64,000 bases of DNA from Alphaproteobacteria bacterium. Its GTDB lineage: Bacteria; Pseudomonadota; Alphaproteobacteria; UBA828. The notes beneath the pieces are model-generated. The model had not been told where the DNA came from, did no database searches, and was given only the letters and a program-made list of their open reading frames with translations. The stretch is from positions 3,040,001 to 3,104,000 of the forward strand of contig OZ243972.1 of the NCBI GenBank assembly GCA_965214705.1. The letters are read 5' to 3'. Positions 49,672 through 60,391 of this stretch are shown here, piece by piece. The position numbers and the translations under genes were made by a program. Within the stretch, counting starts at the first letter, position 1. Each line of letters opens with the position of its first letter.

Positions 49672-50586
49672 CTAGATGCGTTCCTCGAACGCCCTCACGC
49701 GGATCAACCCCTGAGGGCGGAACAGCAGGATCAGGATGACGAAGAGGAACACGAAAGCGTCGCGGTATGGTCTTAGCTCGATCGGGAGCAGCGCCTGGAG
49801 CAGAACACTGCCGACGCCAACGACGAACCCGCCAAGCGTGGCACCGACCAGGCTGCCCATACCACCGATCACCGTGGAGACGAAGGCGACCAGAAGCAGC
49901 GGCAGTCCCATCTGGTAGCCGAGCACGCCGGTCTGAGTCACGAGCAGCAAGGAGACGACCCCGGCCAGCGCGCCGCTCATCCCGAACGCTATGCCGATGA
50001 TCACGTTCGCCCGAATGCCGAGCATTCGAGCCATCCTGAAATCCTCGGAGGCCGCACGCATCTGAATGCCGTGAGGGGTGTAGCGCAGGAACAGGCCGAA
50101 CGTGATCATGAGCGCGAGAGTCGTCGCGACGGTGACAATCTCCAGCTTCGGTATGCGCAAACCCACGACCTCGATCGGCACATTGAGGTCGGACCACAGA
50201 TTCACGGCCTTCGGGCGGCTGCTGTAGACGGCGAGGATGACGTGCTGGATCAGATAGCTCAGCGCGAACGCGCCGATCATCATGGTGGAAGGATCCGCCG
50301 TCCGCAGCGGCCGGAAGACAATAATTTCGGTGAGAAGCGCAAGAGTAACCACCGTCGCGATGATGGCGGGCACGAGAAAATGCGCCGGCAGGTCGCCGAC
50401 CACCAGGACCGCGATCGGGTTGAGAGAAGGCAGGATCAGCGCGTAACAGCCGACCGTTATGAAGTCGCCGTGCGCAAAGTTGACCAGCCGCAGGACGCCG
50501 AAAATAAGGCCGATTCCGAGAGCGGCCAGCGCGTAGAGACTGCCGAGGCTAATCGCGTCGATGAGATGCTGCAGGGCAATCGTCAC
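49672..50586 (-). CDS. branched-chain-type ABC permease, LivH-like
   Basis: GSLYAL.ALG..LIFGVL..VNFAHG, MRAASED, IGGMGS; GTG start. Confidence 0.85.
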   Translation of the reverse strand: MTIALQHLIDAISLGSLYALAALGIGLIFGVLRLVNFAHGDFITVGCYALILPSLNPIAVLVVGDLPAHFLVPAIIATVVTLALLTEIIVFRPLRTADPSTMMIGAFALSYLIQHVILAVYSSRPKAVNLWSDLNVPIEVVGLRIPKLEIVTVATTLALMITFGLFLRYTPHGIQMRAASEDFRMARMLGIRANVIIGIAFGMSGALAGVVSLLLVTQTGVLGYQMGLPLLLVAFVSTVIGGMGSLVGATLGGFVVGVGSVLLQALLPIELRPYRDAFVFLFVILILLFRPQGLIRVRAFEERI

Positions 50587-50753
50587 CGCAGGCCCCCGCC
50601 TGTCCGCTTTCGGCCTCAACCGAGCCGGGTCGAACGCGAACAGTCTATCCGAACCTCGGGGAGCTTGAAATTCGGCGGCCTCGTTCAACCGCATCGCAAG
50701 AGACGCTACTCTGCGATGGATCGTCAGCTGGGCGAGAGCGAGGAGCGAGTCGC

Positions 50754-52811
50754 ATGACGGCAGCCAGGCAGGTCGCGGAGATCGGCGTCGACGTTGGGGG
50801 CACATTTACCGATGTCGTCTGCCGACGCCCTGGTCTGCCTCCGACCATCATCAAGGTGCCAACGACGCGCGACGATCCTTCCTTGGGCGTGCTCTCTTCG
50901 CTCGCCCGCCTGAAGGAGGAATTTCAGGTTGGAGCCGAGGAAGTGGTCCGCTTCGTGCACGGGACGACCGTCGCCACGAACGCCGTCATCGAGCGCAAGG
51001 GCGCGCCGGTCGGCATGCTCACGACGGAGGGTTTTCGGGACAGCCTCGAGATCGGCCGCCAGATTCGGCGCGCTGTCTACAGCATCATTTTGAAGCCCGA
51101 GACCCCGACGTTCCTCGCCCCGCGCGCGCGCCGGAAGGGCGTGAAAGAGCGCATCGCGGCGGACGGAAGCATTCTCGTTCCGCTCCATGAGGACACCGTG
51201 CGCCGTGCCGCCGCCGAGCTGGTGGAAGATGGCGTCACGGCCATCGCGATATGCTTCCTGTTCTCGTTCCTCAACCCCGCGCACGAGCGGCGCGCCCGCG
51301 ACGTCATAAACGAGAGCTTTCCGGACCTGGACGTATCGATCTCGTCGGAGGTCGATCCGGCCTTCCGCGAGTATGAGCGGACGGTGGTGACCGCCTTCGA
51401 CGCCTACATCAAGCCGGTGGTGGACGGGTATCTGCATCGCCTGTCGGAGCGCCTGGAGCAAGAGGGCATCAGGGCACCGCTCCAGATCATGCAGTCCCGC
51501 GGCGGCATCTTTTCTGCCTCGATCGCACGACAGCGGCCGGTGCGCCTCTTTCTCTCCGGCCCGGCGGCGGGCGTTATCGGCGCGCGTGTCGTCGGCCAGG
51601 CGGCCGGCGTCGAGAATCTCATCACGATCGATATCGGCGGTACGAGCTGCGACACATCGCTGATCAGGGCCGGGCAACCCACGCTCCGCTCCGAAGGCGT
51701 GATCGACAACTTTCCGGTGCGGGTGCCGATGGTCGACGTCAACACCTTCGGTGCGGGCGGCGGCAGCATCGCGTGGCTCGACGAAGGCGGCGGGCTTCGC
51801 GTGGGGCCGCAGTCGGCCGGTGCCGAGCCTGGCCCCGCCTGCTATGGACGAGGCGGCGAGGAAGCGACCGTCACAGATGCCTCGCTTGTCCTCGGCTACA
51901 TCAATCCCGACTACTTTGCCGGCGGCACCGTGCAGCTGCAGCCTGCGCTGGCCAGGGAGGTCATCGCCGAGAAGGTGGCTGGGCCCCTCTCACTGACGAT
52001 CGAGCAAGCCGCGCTAGGCATCCATCGGGTGCTCAATGCCCAGATATCGGAGGGCATTCGCCTGGTCTCGGTTCGACAAGGCCTGGATCCGCGCGACTTC
52101 GCCTTGATTGCACTGGGCGGGGCTGGGCCGTTGCATGCGACGGCGCTCGCCAGCGATCTCAGCATTTCGACGATCATCGTGCCGCAGCATCCGGGCGTGC
52201 TCTCCGCAGCCGGCCTGCTGGCGGCGCAGACCGAGCACGAGCTGTCGACAGCTTTCCCGCGCATGATGGAGGGCCTCGCCGTGAGCGACATGCGCGAGAC
52301 GCTGGAAGCGCTCGACAAGCGATGTGCGGCGCTCATGGAGACGGAGCGGGTCGCTGCCGCCAACGTAGATATCTACTACTTCGCCGACATGTGCTACGTC
52401 GGACAGGGTTACCATCTGGAGATCCCGCTCGACCTGGCCGCGGACGACCCCATCGCGCGGCTCTACGAGGACTTTCTGGAGGTTCATGACCGCGTATTCG
52501 GACACAGCACCCGAAGCCCCGCACGGATCGTCAATCTTCGGTCCGTTCATCGGGCCGGAGTCCCGGGGGCGGCCGCCGACTCGCCAGTGCTTCCCGCGAC
52601 AGGCCGGGCGCGGAAGGGGACACGATCAATTCTGCTTCCGGAGACCGACGGCGCGACCGAGGCAGCGATCTACGAACGCGCCCAGCTCAAGGAGGCAGAT
52701 GACATCGACGGGCCCGCAATCATCGAGCAGCACGACACGACCACGCTGATCGAGCCCGGTTGGTGCGGCCGGTTGGATGGCTGCGGCAACCTCGTCATCA
52801 CGCGCGCCTGA
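50754..52811 (+). CDS. hydantoinase A / oxoprolinase-family protein
   Basis: GVDVGGTFTD, HGTTVATNA, LSGPAAGV, DIGGTS, GAGGGS, GGAGPLHA. Confidence 0.92.
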   Translation: MTAARQVAEIGVDVGGTFTDVVCRRPGLPPTIIKVPTTRDDPSLGVLSSLARLKEEFQVGAEEVVRFVHGTTVATNAVIERKGAPVGMLTTEGFRDSLEIGRQIRRAVYSIILKPETPTFLAPRARRKGVKERIAADGSILVPLHEDTVRRAAAELVEDGVTAIAICFLFSFLNPAHERRARDVINESFPDLDVSISSEVDPAFREYERTVVTAFDAYIKPVVDGYLHRLSERLEQEGIRAPLQIMQSRGGIFSASIARQRPVRLFLSGPAAGVIGARVVGQAAGVENLITIDIGGTSCDTSLIRAGQPTLRSEGVIDNFPVRVPMVDVNTFGAGGGSIAWLDEGGGLRVGPQSAGAEPGPACYGRGGEEATVTDASLVLGYINPDYFAGGTVQLQPALAREVIAEKVAGPLSLTIEQAALGIHRVLNAQISEGIRLVSVRQGLDPRDFALIALGGAGPLHATALASDLSISTIIVPQHPGVLSAAGLLAAQTEHELSTAFPRMMEGLAVSDMRETLEALDKRCAALMETERVAAANVDIYYFADMCYVGQGYHLEIPLDLAADDPIARLYEDFLEVHDRVFGHSTRSPARIVNLRSVHRAGVPGAAADSPVLPATGRARKGTRSILLPETDGATEAAIYERAQLKEADDIDGPAIIEQHDTTTLIEPGWCGRLDGCGNLVITRA

Positions 52812-53592
52812 GAGGTCGGAGGGATCAAGGTTGTGCGCAGTCGGTGCGCCGCACCCGGCATTGCTGCCTGATCGTCATGTATCGCATCGGCTTCGATGTC
52901 GGCGGAACGTTCACCGACCTGACGGTGCTGAACGAAGGAACTGGCGCCCTCCACCACTTCAAGGTCCCCTCCAGTCAGGACGATCCGTCCGAGGCCATTC
53001 AGGCCGGGATAAGGCGCGCCATCGACACCCTTGCCATCGACCCGGATGACGTCGGGTTTCTCGGCCACGGCACGACCATTGCGACCAACATGGTGATCGA
53101 ACGGAAAGGCTCGCCAAGCGCGGTCCTGACCACGGCGGGCTTCCGTGACGTCCTCGAGATCGGTCGCCAGGAACGGCCGCACGTCTATGACTACACGCGG
53201 GGCAAGCCGCCGCCCCTGGTGCCGCGCGAGCACCGGTACGAGGTGCGGGAACGGATCGACGCGGCGGGCCGGGTGCTCGTCCCACTCGATGAAGAGGCGC
53301 TTGACGCGACCCTGGCGTCGCTTCAGCAGGAAGGCATCGAGGCGGTCGCGGTCTGCTTCCTGCACAGCTATCTCAATTCCGACCACGAGACCCGGACGGG
53401 AGCCGCCGTCGCCAAACGGCTCCCCGACACTTTCCTCAGTCTGTCTTGCGAGGTGCTGCCCGAGTTTCGCGAGTTCGAGCGCCTGTCGACGACGGCCGCC
53501 AACGCCTACATCGTAAGCGGTACGCAGACCCCATACCGGAATCTGGCTTGACTACGACGGGGATTTCTTGAGGAGCGCCGTGAGCGCGCGAG

Positions 53593-55335
53593 TCATTTTG
53601 CCTCGGGCTGGAAGTTCCACGGCAGAAGCTCCTGGATGCCCGACTGCGGGTGGCCCTTGGCGATCTTCTCGAGCGTGCTCCGCATCCAGGCGTAGGGCTC
53701 GACGCCGTTCATCTTGCAGGTCTCGATCAGCGAGGCGATGCGGGCCCAGGCTTGCGCACCCTCGTCGTTGCCGGCGAAGAGCGCGTTCTTGGCGGTGAGC
53801 TTCAGCGGCCGGATTCGGTTTTCCACCAGGTTCGAGTCGATCTCGACACGACCGTCGTGCAGGAACTCCAGCAGCCCGTCCCACTGGTTGGCGATATAGG
53901 TCAGCTTCTCGCCGAGACGCGAGCGCGGTGAGACGCGCGAGCGCTGCTCGTCGAGCCAGACACCGAAGGTGTTCACGATCGGCGCCGACTCCTCCCAACG
54001 GATCGCGCGGCGCTCCGCCGGCGGCTTGCCCCGGATCTTCTTCTCGATCGCATAGAGCTTCGCGATCCGATTCAGACCGGCCAGCGCGATCGGCGATGCG
54101 CTCGAGTCGTATACCTCTTTCAGCTTCCGTCTTACATGCGCCCAACAGAGGGCCCGCGTCACAGGGCCTTCCGCCCGGTCCGGCCGCGCCAGGATGTTGT
54201 GGCCCGAGTAGCCGTCGAGCTGCACCGTCCCCGAAAAGCCCTCCATAAGCTCGGCGCCATACTTGCCGCCGCGGCCGGGCGCATAGCGATAGACGACGCC
54301 CGGCGGGTCCGTGCCGCTCCAGTGGCGCTCGTCACGCACAAGGGTCCACATGTAGCCCGTCTTCGTCTTGCCCCGGCCCGGGTCGAGAACGCGGATCGTG
54401 GTCTCGTCCAGACCCAGGTGATCCGACTTCTTCAGCTCATCCTCCAGGCAAGCGACCACGGGGCGCAGGTGAAACGACGCCTGGCCCACCCACGTCGCCA
54501 GCGTCGCACGGTGAACCTCGATCCCCGAGCGCTCGTAGATCTGCGACTGGCGATAGAGCGGGCAATGATCGCCGTACTTCGCGATCAGCACCTGCGCCAG
54601 AAGAGCCTCGGTGGGAAGGCCGCCCTCGACCAGAGCGGCCGGCGCCGGCGACTGCACCACCCCGCCCCCCTTGCACTTGTTGCAGGCGTAGCGGGGGCGC
54701 ACGGTCTCGATGACGGTGAACTTCGCCGGCTCATAGTCCAGCCGCTCGCTGCGGTCCTCGCCGATCTTCGTCATCTCGCCGCAGCCGCAGGGGCACATGA
54801 TCGTGTCCGGCTCGATCACCTCCTCGCGCCGGTCGACCTGGGGCCCGAAGCGCACCCCGCTGCGCGACCCCCGGGAAGAGCGCCGCCGGCGCTTGCCGCC
54901 AGCCCCCTCGTCCTGCTCCTGGTCATCTGCCTCGGGCCGACCGCCGGCTTCAGCGATCGCCGCCCAAAACTCCTCGAACGTAAGCTGGCGCTCGTCCTCG
55001 CCGAGCTTCTCGGAGCGCGGACCGAACAGCGCCTTCCTGAGCTCCTTGTTGAGATGCTCAAGCCGGCTGATCTGCTCCGCGCTCTGCGCGTTCTCGGCCT
55101 CCAGCCGTGCCGCCCGCGCTTCCGCCGTCTGCCTCGCCGCCTCCGCCGCGCCGCGTGCCTGCTCCGCTTCGCATAGGGCTGCTTCCGTCGCCCGGCGCGC
55201 CGCGCGCTCGTCGTCAAGCTCCGCATGCAGGGCCGCCAGCGCCGCCGAAACCACCGCAGGCGACGGCGAACCGGCGCTGCTGAGGGGTGAGGGCGTGACC
55301 TTCGGCATGGGCCACCCCTTAATCCGATTCGCCAA
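53593..55335 (-). CDS. tnpC: IS66 transposase TnpC
   Basis: FGPRSEK, CPCGCG, LDET, DGY, CWAHVRRK, DSNLVENRIR, SLIETCK.NG; start uncertain. Confidence 0.92.
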   Translation of the reverse strand: MANRIKGWPMPKVTPSPLSSAGSPSPAVVSAALAALHAELDDERAARRATEAALCEAEQARGAAEAARQTAEARAARLEAENAQSAEQISRLEHLNKELRKALFGPRSEKLGEDERQLTFEEFWAAIAEAGGRPEADDQEQDEGAGGKRRRRSSRGSRSGVRFGPQVDRREEVIEPDTIMCPCGCGEMTKIGEDRSERLDYEPAKFTVIETVRPRYACNKCKGGGVVQSPAPAALVEGGLPTEALLAQVLIAKYGDHCPLYRQSQIYERSGIEVHRATLATWVGQASFHLRPVVACLEDELKKSDHLGLDETTIRVLDPGRGKTKTGYMWTLVRDERHWSGTDPPGVVYRYAPGRGGKYGAELMEGFSGTVQLDGYSGHNILARPDRAEGPVTRALCWAHVRRKLKEVYDSSASPIALAGLNRIAKLYAIEKKIRGKPPAERRAIRWEESAPIVNTFGVWLDEQRSRVSPRSRLGEKLTYIANQWDGLLEFLHDGRVEIDSNLVENRIRPLKLTAKNALFAGNDEGAQAWARIASLIETCKMNGVEPYAWMRSTLEKIAKGHPQSGIQELLPWNFQPEAK

Positions 55336-55401
55336 TGCATGACCAGGGAAAAGTGCAGGCGGGACCGCGACCGAAATCTGCGGCCCCGCCTGCGTGCCGC
55401 C

Positions 55402-55752
55402 TCACTCCGCCGCCAGCGGGCGGCGAACCGGGCGGGCCTTCACCCGGCGCCAGTCCAGACCCTCGAAGAGGGCCTCGAACTGGCCCTTCGTAAGGCGCAT
55501 CACACCATCCTCGATCCGAGGCCAGGCGAAGCGGCCCTGCTCCAGACGCTTGTAGGTCATCACCAGACCGCTGCCGTCCCACGCAAGGAGCTTGAGCCTG
55601 TCGCCGCGGCGCGAGCGGAAGATCACGATCACCCCGGAATAGATATCGAGGTCCAGCTCCCCCGCCGCCGTCGCCGCAAGCGCGTCGTGGCCGCGACGAA
55701 AATCAACCGGCCGCGTCGCCAACACGATGCGAAGCGAGGGGGCCGCGATCAT
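55402..55752 (-). CDS. tnpB: IS66 accessory protein TnpB
   Basis: PVDFRRG.D.L, FRSRRGDRLKLL.WDGSG...YKRLEQGRF.WP. Confidence 0.92.
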   Translation of the reverse strand: MIAAPSLRIVLATRPVDFRRGHDALAATAAGELDLDIYSGVIVIFRSRRGDRLKLLAWDGSGLVMTYKRLEQGRFAWPRIEDGVMRLTKGQFEALFEGLDWRRVKARPVRRPLAAE

Positions 55753-56204
55753 GACGACGCCCGGCCCAGGCCCGAGGCCACCGCAACAATCCGATCGACC
55801 GCGCTCTCCACCGGAAGGCGAACGACCACGCCTAGCGCCTCGATCGCCACCGTCCGCTCGGACGTCACGCTATCAACCACCACGGGAACAAATGGCGGTG
55901 CAGAGCCACCAATCCGAGCGCCCGGAAGAGTTCCCTCCCGCGCGCGCCGCCGCCACTTGGTCAGGGTCGTATCGCTGACGCCATGGCGGCGCGCGACCGC
56001 CGCAACCGAAGAGCCCGGCTCAAAGCTCTCCGAGACAATCCGCGCCTTCTCATCGTCCGGCCAGCGTCGCATGGGGGCCGGCTCAGACGGAGCCGGGGCG
56101 GCTCCCTCAGAAGCTGGGATCTCAACCGAAGCAACAGCGACACCGTCGCCAGATGCCAAAATCGAATCTGTCATCGCGATCTCTCCTGTGTGGCTCGTGG
56201 TCAA
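55749..56204 (-). CDS. tnpA: IS66 accessory protein TnpA
   Basis: RRWPDDEKARIVSES..PG.SVAAVARRHG; FVPV. Confidence 0.85.
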   Translation of the reverse strand: MTTSHTGEIAMTDSILASGDGVAVASVEIPASEGAAPAPSEPAPMRRWPDDEKARIVSESFEPGSSVAAVARRHGVSDTTLTKWRRRAREGTLPGARIGGSAPPFVPVVVDSVTSERTVAIEALGVVVRLPVESAVDRIVAVASGLGRASS

Positions 56205-57666
56205 GGCGGAGAGTCAGCCCCGAAATCAGATCCGCTGGAAGTATGGGGGCCCGATACCGCTTACCCTACATCGGGCCGCGGATGTCACGCTACCTCGAGA
56301 CGCTGGTGGGCCGCCTGCAGGAACTCGGGGTCTCCGTTGCGCCGCATACCATTCATTCCAACGGCGGCATGATGTCCCTCGACACCGCCCGTCGCTTCCC
56401 CGTTCGAACCTGCCTGTCCGGCCCGGCGGCAGGCGTGATCGGGGCTACGGAGGCGGCCAGGCAGGCGGGGTTTCCGCATATCGTGACCTTCGACGTCGGC
56501 GGTACGAGCACCGACGTCTCGCTGGTACGGGATTCCACCCCGCGCTTCTCGACCCGGCGCCTCGTCGCCGGCTTTCCCATCGCCGTGCCGATGCTCGACA
56601 TCCACGTCATCGGCGCCGGCGGTGGCAGCATCGCTACAGTGGACGATGCCGGTGCGCTCAAGGTCGGGCCGCGCAGCGCAGGGGCGGCGCCGGGCCCGGT
56701 GGCCTACGGGCTCGGAGGGAGCGAGCCGACGCTGACCGACGCGAATCTGGCGTTGGGACGCCTCGGCGCCGGCGGTCTGGCAGGGGGCAGCTTGGCGATT
56801 GACCGTGACGCTGCCACGCGCGCAATCGAGGAGCGGATCGCGCGACCGCTTGCCATCGGCACCACCGCCGCTGCTGCCGGCATCATCCGTATCGCCGTCG
56901 CCAACATGGCGCGAGCCATCCGCGCCATCTCCACCGAGCGAGGCCATGACGTCGCCGACGTCGCCCTGTTTGCGTACGGCGGCGCGGGCCCACTTCATGC
57001 GGCCGAGGTGGCGCGCGAGTGCGGGCTTTCCCGCATCGTCGTCCCGCCCGAGGCCGGCACCGTGTGCGCCCGCGGCATTCTCACGTCCGACATCAGCCTC
57101 GACTTCGTGCGGAGCGAGATTTGCACGTTGACCGAGACGACCTGGACCGACATCAACCGCCGCATCGCAGCCATGACTAAGGAGGCTGACGCCTGGCTCG
57201 AGACCGAGAGGGTCGATGCCGAGCGACGGCGCTTCCACGTCGTGATCGACGCGCGATACCGTGGGCAGAACCACGAGGTTCGGGTTGACCTCGGAGATCG
57301 AAAGCGCTGTTCCATTGAAATGTTCCGCGACGGTTTCGCGCGCTCTCACCGGAGCGAACACGGCTACCTCGTGCACGATCGCGACATCGAGATCGTGAAC
57401 TGCCGGGTCCAGGCCATCGGTGCCGTCGTCAAGGCGGACACTCGCCCGTACGCCGGCGGCGGCCAGCCGCAGGCGGCCGAAGTGCGAAGCGTCTGGTTCG
57501 AGGAAGGTTGGCGTGTGACGCCCGTCTACTCGCGTGAGGCAATCGGCGCCGATGCGATAGTGGAAGGACCGGCGGTCGTCGAGGAGATGAGCTCGACAGC
57601 GATCGTTCAGCCTGGGCAGCGCGGGCGCACCGACGAAGCGGGCAACCTGATCATCGAGCCTTCCGA

Positions 57667-59406
57667 ATGATGGCCGTCGGAACAAACCCACCGCTGCCCG
57701 GAACGGCCGAACACCTCGTCGACCCGATCGCCATGGAGGTATTCAGCAGCCGCCTCATGTCGATCGTGGACGACATGCTGAACACCCTGGTCCGCGCCTC
57801 GTTCTCGACCAACATAAAGGAGCGGCGCGACTGCACCGTCGGCCTGTTCGACGCCCAGGGCCGAATCCTGGCGCAGACAGATCACGCGCCGCTGCATCTC
57901 GGCTCCCTGTTGGGTGCCATCGAGTCACTGCACGCCGAAATCGATCCCGCCGACATGGAAGACGGCGATGCCTTCATCTTCAACGACCCCTACCTCGCCG
58001 GCGGCACCCACCTTCCTGACATCACCATCGTCACGCCGGTCTTCCACAAGGGCGCCCTCGCCTTCTACACCGCCTGCATCGCGCACCACGCCGATGTCGG
58101 CGGCTTGGTCCCCGGCTCCATCAGCGGCGGTGCCACGAGCATCTTTCAGGAGGGCATCCGCATTCCGCTGTGTCGCATTCGCCGCGCGGGCGAAACGGAC
58201 GACGAGCTTATCCGGCTGATCGCCACCAACACTCGCGATCCCGAGGAGCGCCGGCTCGACCTCGGCGTTCAGCTCGCCAGCAATGATCACGGCGCCGCGA
58301 TGGCCCGCCTGTTGCTCGACCACATGGGCGCAGAGACCATACGCCGTGCGATCGAGGACCTGTTGAGCTACACCGCCCGACGCCTCGCCGGTCGGATCGC
58401 CGCGCTGCCCGACGGGGAGAGTACCCACGTCGCGTTCATGGACGACGACGGCCTCGGGGGCGATCCCGTCAGGATTGTCGCGACGACACATATCGCCGGC
58501 CCCCGATTGAGCGTGGACTTCGAGGGATCGAGCGGTGAAGCACGGGGCGCGATGAACGTGCCCTTCAGCGCCCTGCGGGCCACGGTGTACTACGTCGTCA
58601 AGACCCTCCTCGATCGCGGACTGATGCCCAATCAGGGATTGTTCGCGCCCGTGCAAATCGCCGCGCCCGAAGGCACCATCGTCCGCCCCTGTCATCCGGC
58701 GGCCGTCGGCGCCCGAAGCATCACAGCCAACAAGATCGCGCGGGCCGTCATCGGCGCGCTCGGCGCGCTGCTGCCGCCGGATCGAGGACTGGCGGCGGGG
58801 CAGGACGTCGTGCCGGCCGTCTGTTTTTCCGGTACGCGCCCGGCGGGTGACGGACAGTTCGTCTATCTGGAGACCGTGGGCGGCGGCGCTGGTGCCACCG
58901 CGCTCAACGACGGCATGGACGGCGTTCAGGTGCACATGACCAACACCTCCAACCTGCCGATCGAGGCGCTCGAGCACGAATATGGTCTGTTGGTCGATGA
59001 GTACGCGCTGATTCCGGATTCAGGCGGTGCCGGCGTCCATCGCGGCGGGCTCGGCATCGCCCGTCAGGTTCGCGCCGTGACTGAAGGGATCGTCTTTTCC
59101 GCCCGCTCGGACGGGCACGAGTTTCCCGCACCCGGCCTTGAGGGCGGGGGAGAGGGACGCACCGCCCGGCTGATCCGCAACCCCGGCACCGATCGCGAGG
59201 AGACGCTTCCCTCGAAAATAGCGGGCACCACCCTCGCGCCGGGCGAGAGCGTGCGGATCGAAACGCCGGGCGGCGGCGGCCATGGCGCGCCGGCCGCGCG
59301 AGAGCCGCACCTGCTCGCAGCAGATCTTCGCGGCGGCAAGGTGTCGCTGTCGGCTGCCGAAGCGGACTACGGCAGAGATCTCGTGCGCGCGGCGCTCGGG
59401 GAATAG
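57667..59406 (+). CDS. hydantoinase B / oxoprolinase-family protein
   Basis: SFSTNIKERRD, NDPYLAGGTHLPD, HHADVGG, MTNTSNLP.E, ETPGGGG. Confidence 0.92.
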   Translation: MMAVGTNPPLPGTAEHLVDPIAMEVFSSRLMSIVDDMLNTLVRASFSTNIKERRDCTVGLFDAQGRILAQTDHAPLHLGSLLGAIESLHAEIDPADMEDGDAFIFNDPYLAGGTHLPDITIVTPVFHKGALAFYTACIAHHADVGGLVPGSISGGATSIFQEGIRIPLCRIRRAGETDDELIRLIATNTRDPEERRLDLGVQLASNDHGAAMARLLLDHMGAETIRRAIEDLLSYTARRLAGRIAALPDGESTHVAFMDDDGLGGDPVRIVATTHIAGPRLSVDFEGSSGEARGAMNVPFSALRATVYYVVKTLLDRGLMPNQGLFAPVQIAAPEGTIVRPCHPAAVGARSITANKIARAVIGALGALLPPDRGLAAGQDVVPAVCFSGTRPAGDGQFVYLETVGGGAGATALNDGMDGVQVHMTNTSNLPIEALEHEYGLLVDEYALIPDSGGAGVHRGGLGIARQVRAVTEGIVFSARSDGHEFPAPGLEGGGEGRTARLIRNPGTDREETLPSKIAGTTLAPGESVRIETPGGGGHGAPAAREPHLLAADLRGGKVSLSAAEADYGRDLVRAALGE

Positions 59407-59467
59407 GTTGCCCGGTCGTCCGACGACACGCTCCGCCGGCCGCACTGCCCGGGCAGTCCATGAGCCG

Positions 59468-60391
59468 ATGGTGGCTTCACGGAAGACCGGTCCCACGGTG
59501 GCCGAGGTTGCCGAGCGCTACCTCGACGAACACGTGGCGGTGCGCTGCAAGCCAAGGACGGCAGAGGCCTACAGCTCGGTCAACAGGAGACACATCGTGC
59601 CGATGTTCGGTGACATGTCCCTTGCGGCGGTGGGGCGCAAGCACGTCACGGACCTGCACTACGCGCTGCGGGACGTTCCCTCGACGGCGAACCGTTCGGT
59701 GGACGTGTTGTCCCGGCTGTTCGCCATGGGGGAGGCGTTGGGCCTGATTCCCGAGGGAGCCAACCCATGCCGATACGTGGTGAAGTACAGGGAACGCCCG
59801 CGCGAGAGGTTTCTGACCGAAGAGGAGCTGCGTCGATTGGGCCGGGTGCTGAGAGAGGCGAAGGACGAAGGCGGCGCGTCGATGTACGCGGTTGCGGCGA
59901 TCCGGCTTCTGCTGCTCACAGGATGTCGGCGGAACGAAATCCTGACGCTGCGCTGGGCCGATGTGGATCTGGACGGGGGCGAGTTGAGCCTTGCCGATAG
60001 CAAGACGGGGGCGCGTTCGGTTTGCCTGCCTCCTGCGGCGGTGAAGATTCTGGCTGACCTGCCGCGCGTTCGCGGCAACCCGTGGGTGATTGTTGGCAGG
60101 AAGCGGGGCACGCACATGCGGGACCTGAGCGACGCGTGGGAGACGGTGCGGAAGCGGGCGGACCTCGAGGATGTAAGGCTTCATGACCTACGGCATTCGT
60201 ATGCCAGCCGAGCGCTGGCGCTCGGGGAGAGCCTGCCGGTGATTGGGAAACTTCTCGGGCACACTCAGGTCGAGACGACGGCGCGCTACGCGCATTTGGC
60301 GCGGGACTCCGTCAGGGAGTCGGCTGCGGGGATCGCCGCCAGCATCAGAGCGGACCTTCACGCCGCAAAGGGCGTCAGCAACGGCGCCTGA
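59468..60391 (+). CDS. tyrosine integrase, possibly lacking its N-terminal arm-binding domain
   Basis: TGCRRNE, DSKTG, HDLRHS, LLGH, RYAH; start uncertain. Confidence 0.82.
   Translation: MVASRKTGPTVAEVAERYLDEHVAVRCKPRTAEAYSSVNRRHIVPMFGDMSLAAVGRKHVTDLHYALRDVPSTANRSVDVLSRLFAMGEALGLIPEGANPCRYVVKYRERPRERFLTEEELRRLGRVLREAKDEGGASMYAVAAIRLLLLTGCRRNEILTLRWADVDLDGGELSLADSKTGARSVCLPPAAVKILADLPRVRGNPWVIVGRKRGTHMRDLSDAWETVRKRADLEDVRLHDLRHSYASRALALGESLPVIGKLLGHTQVETTARYAHLARDSVRESAAGIAASIRADLHAAKGVSNGA

Larger units (their letters stand above)
53513..56264 (-). mobile_element. IS66-family element (2752 bp)
   Basis: IRs GTAAGCGGTA..CCCCATAC at both ends; 8-bp TSD CCTACATC (53505-53512, 56265-56272); tnpA-B-C order. 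Confidence 0.95.
52877..57670 (+). pseudogene. hydantoinase A gene split by IS66 (52877-53512 + 56273-57670; 677 aa rejoined)
   Basis: In-frame join STTAANAYI|GPRMSRYL after removing the IS and one TSD. Confidence 0.92.

Noticed and set aside
44620-50750. Invertible segment (flipping it would give a co-linear operon)
   Set aside because: No inverted repeats found at the two edges; a convergent hairpin and a divergent intergenic gap look like a stable arrangement
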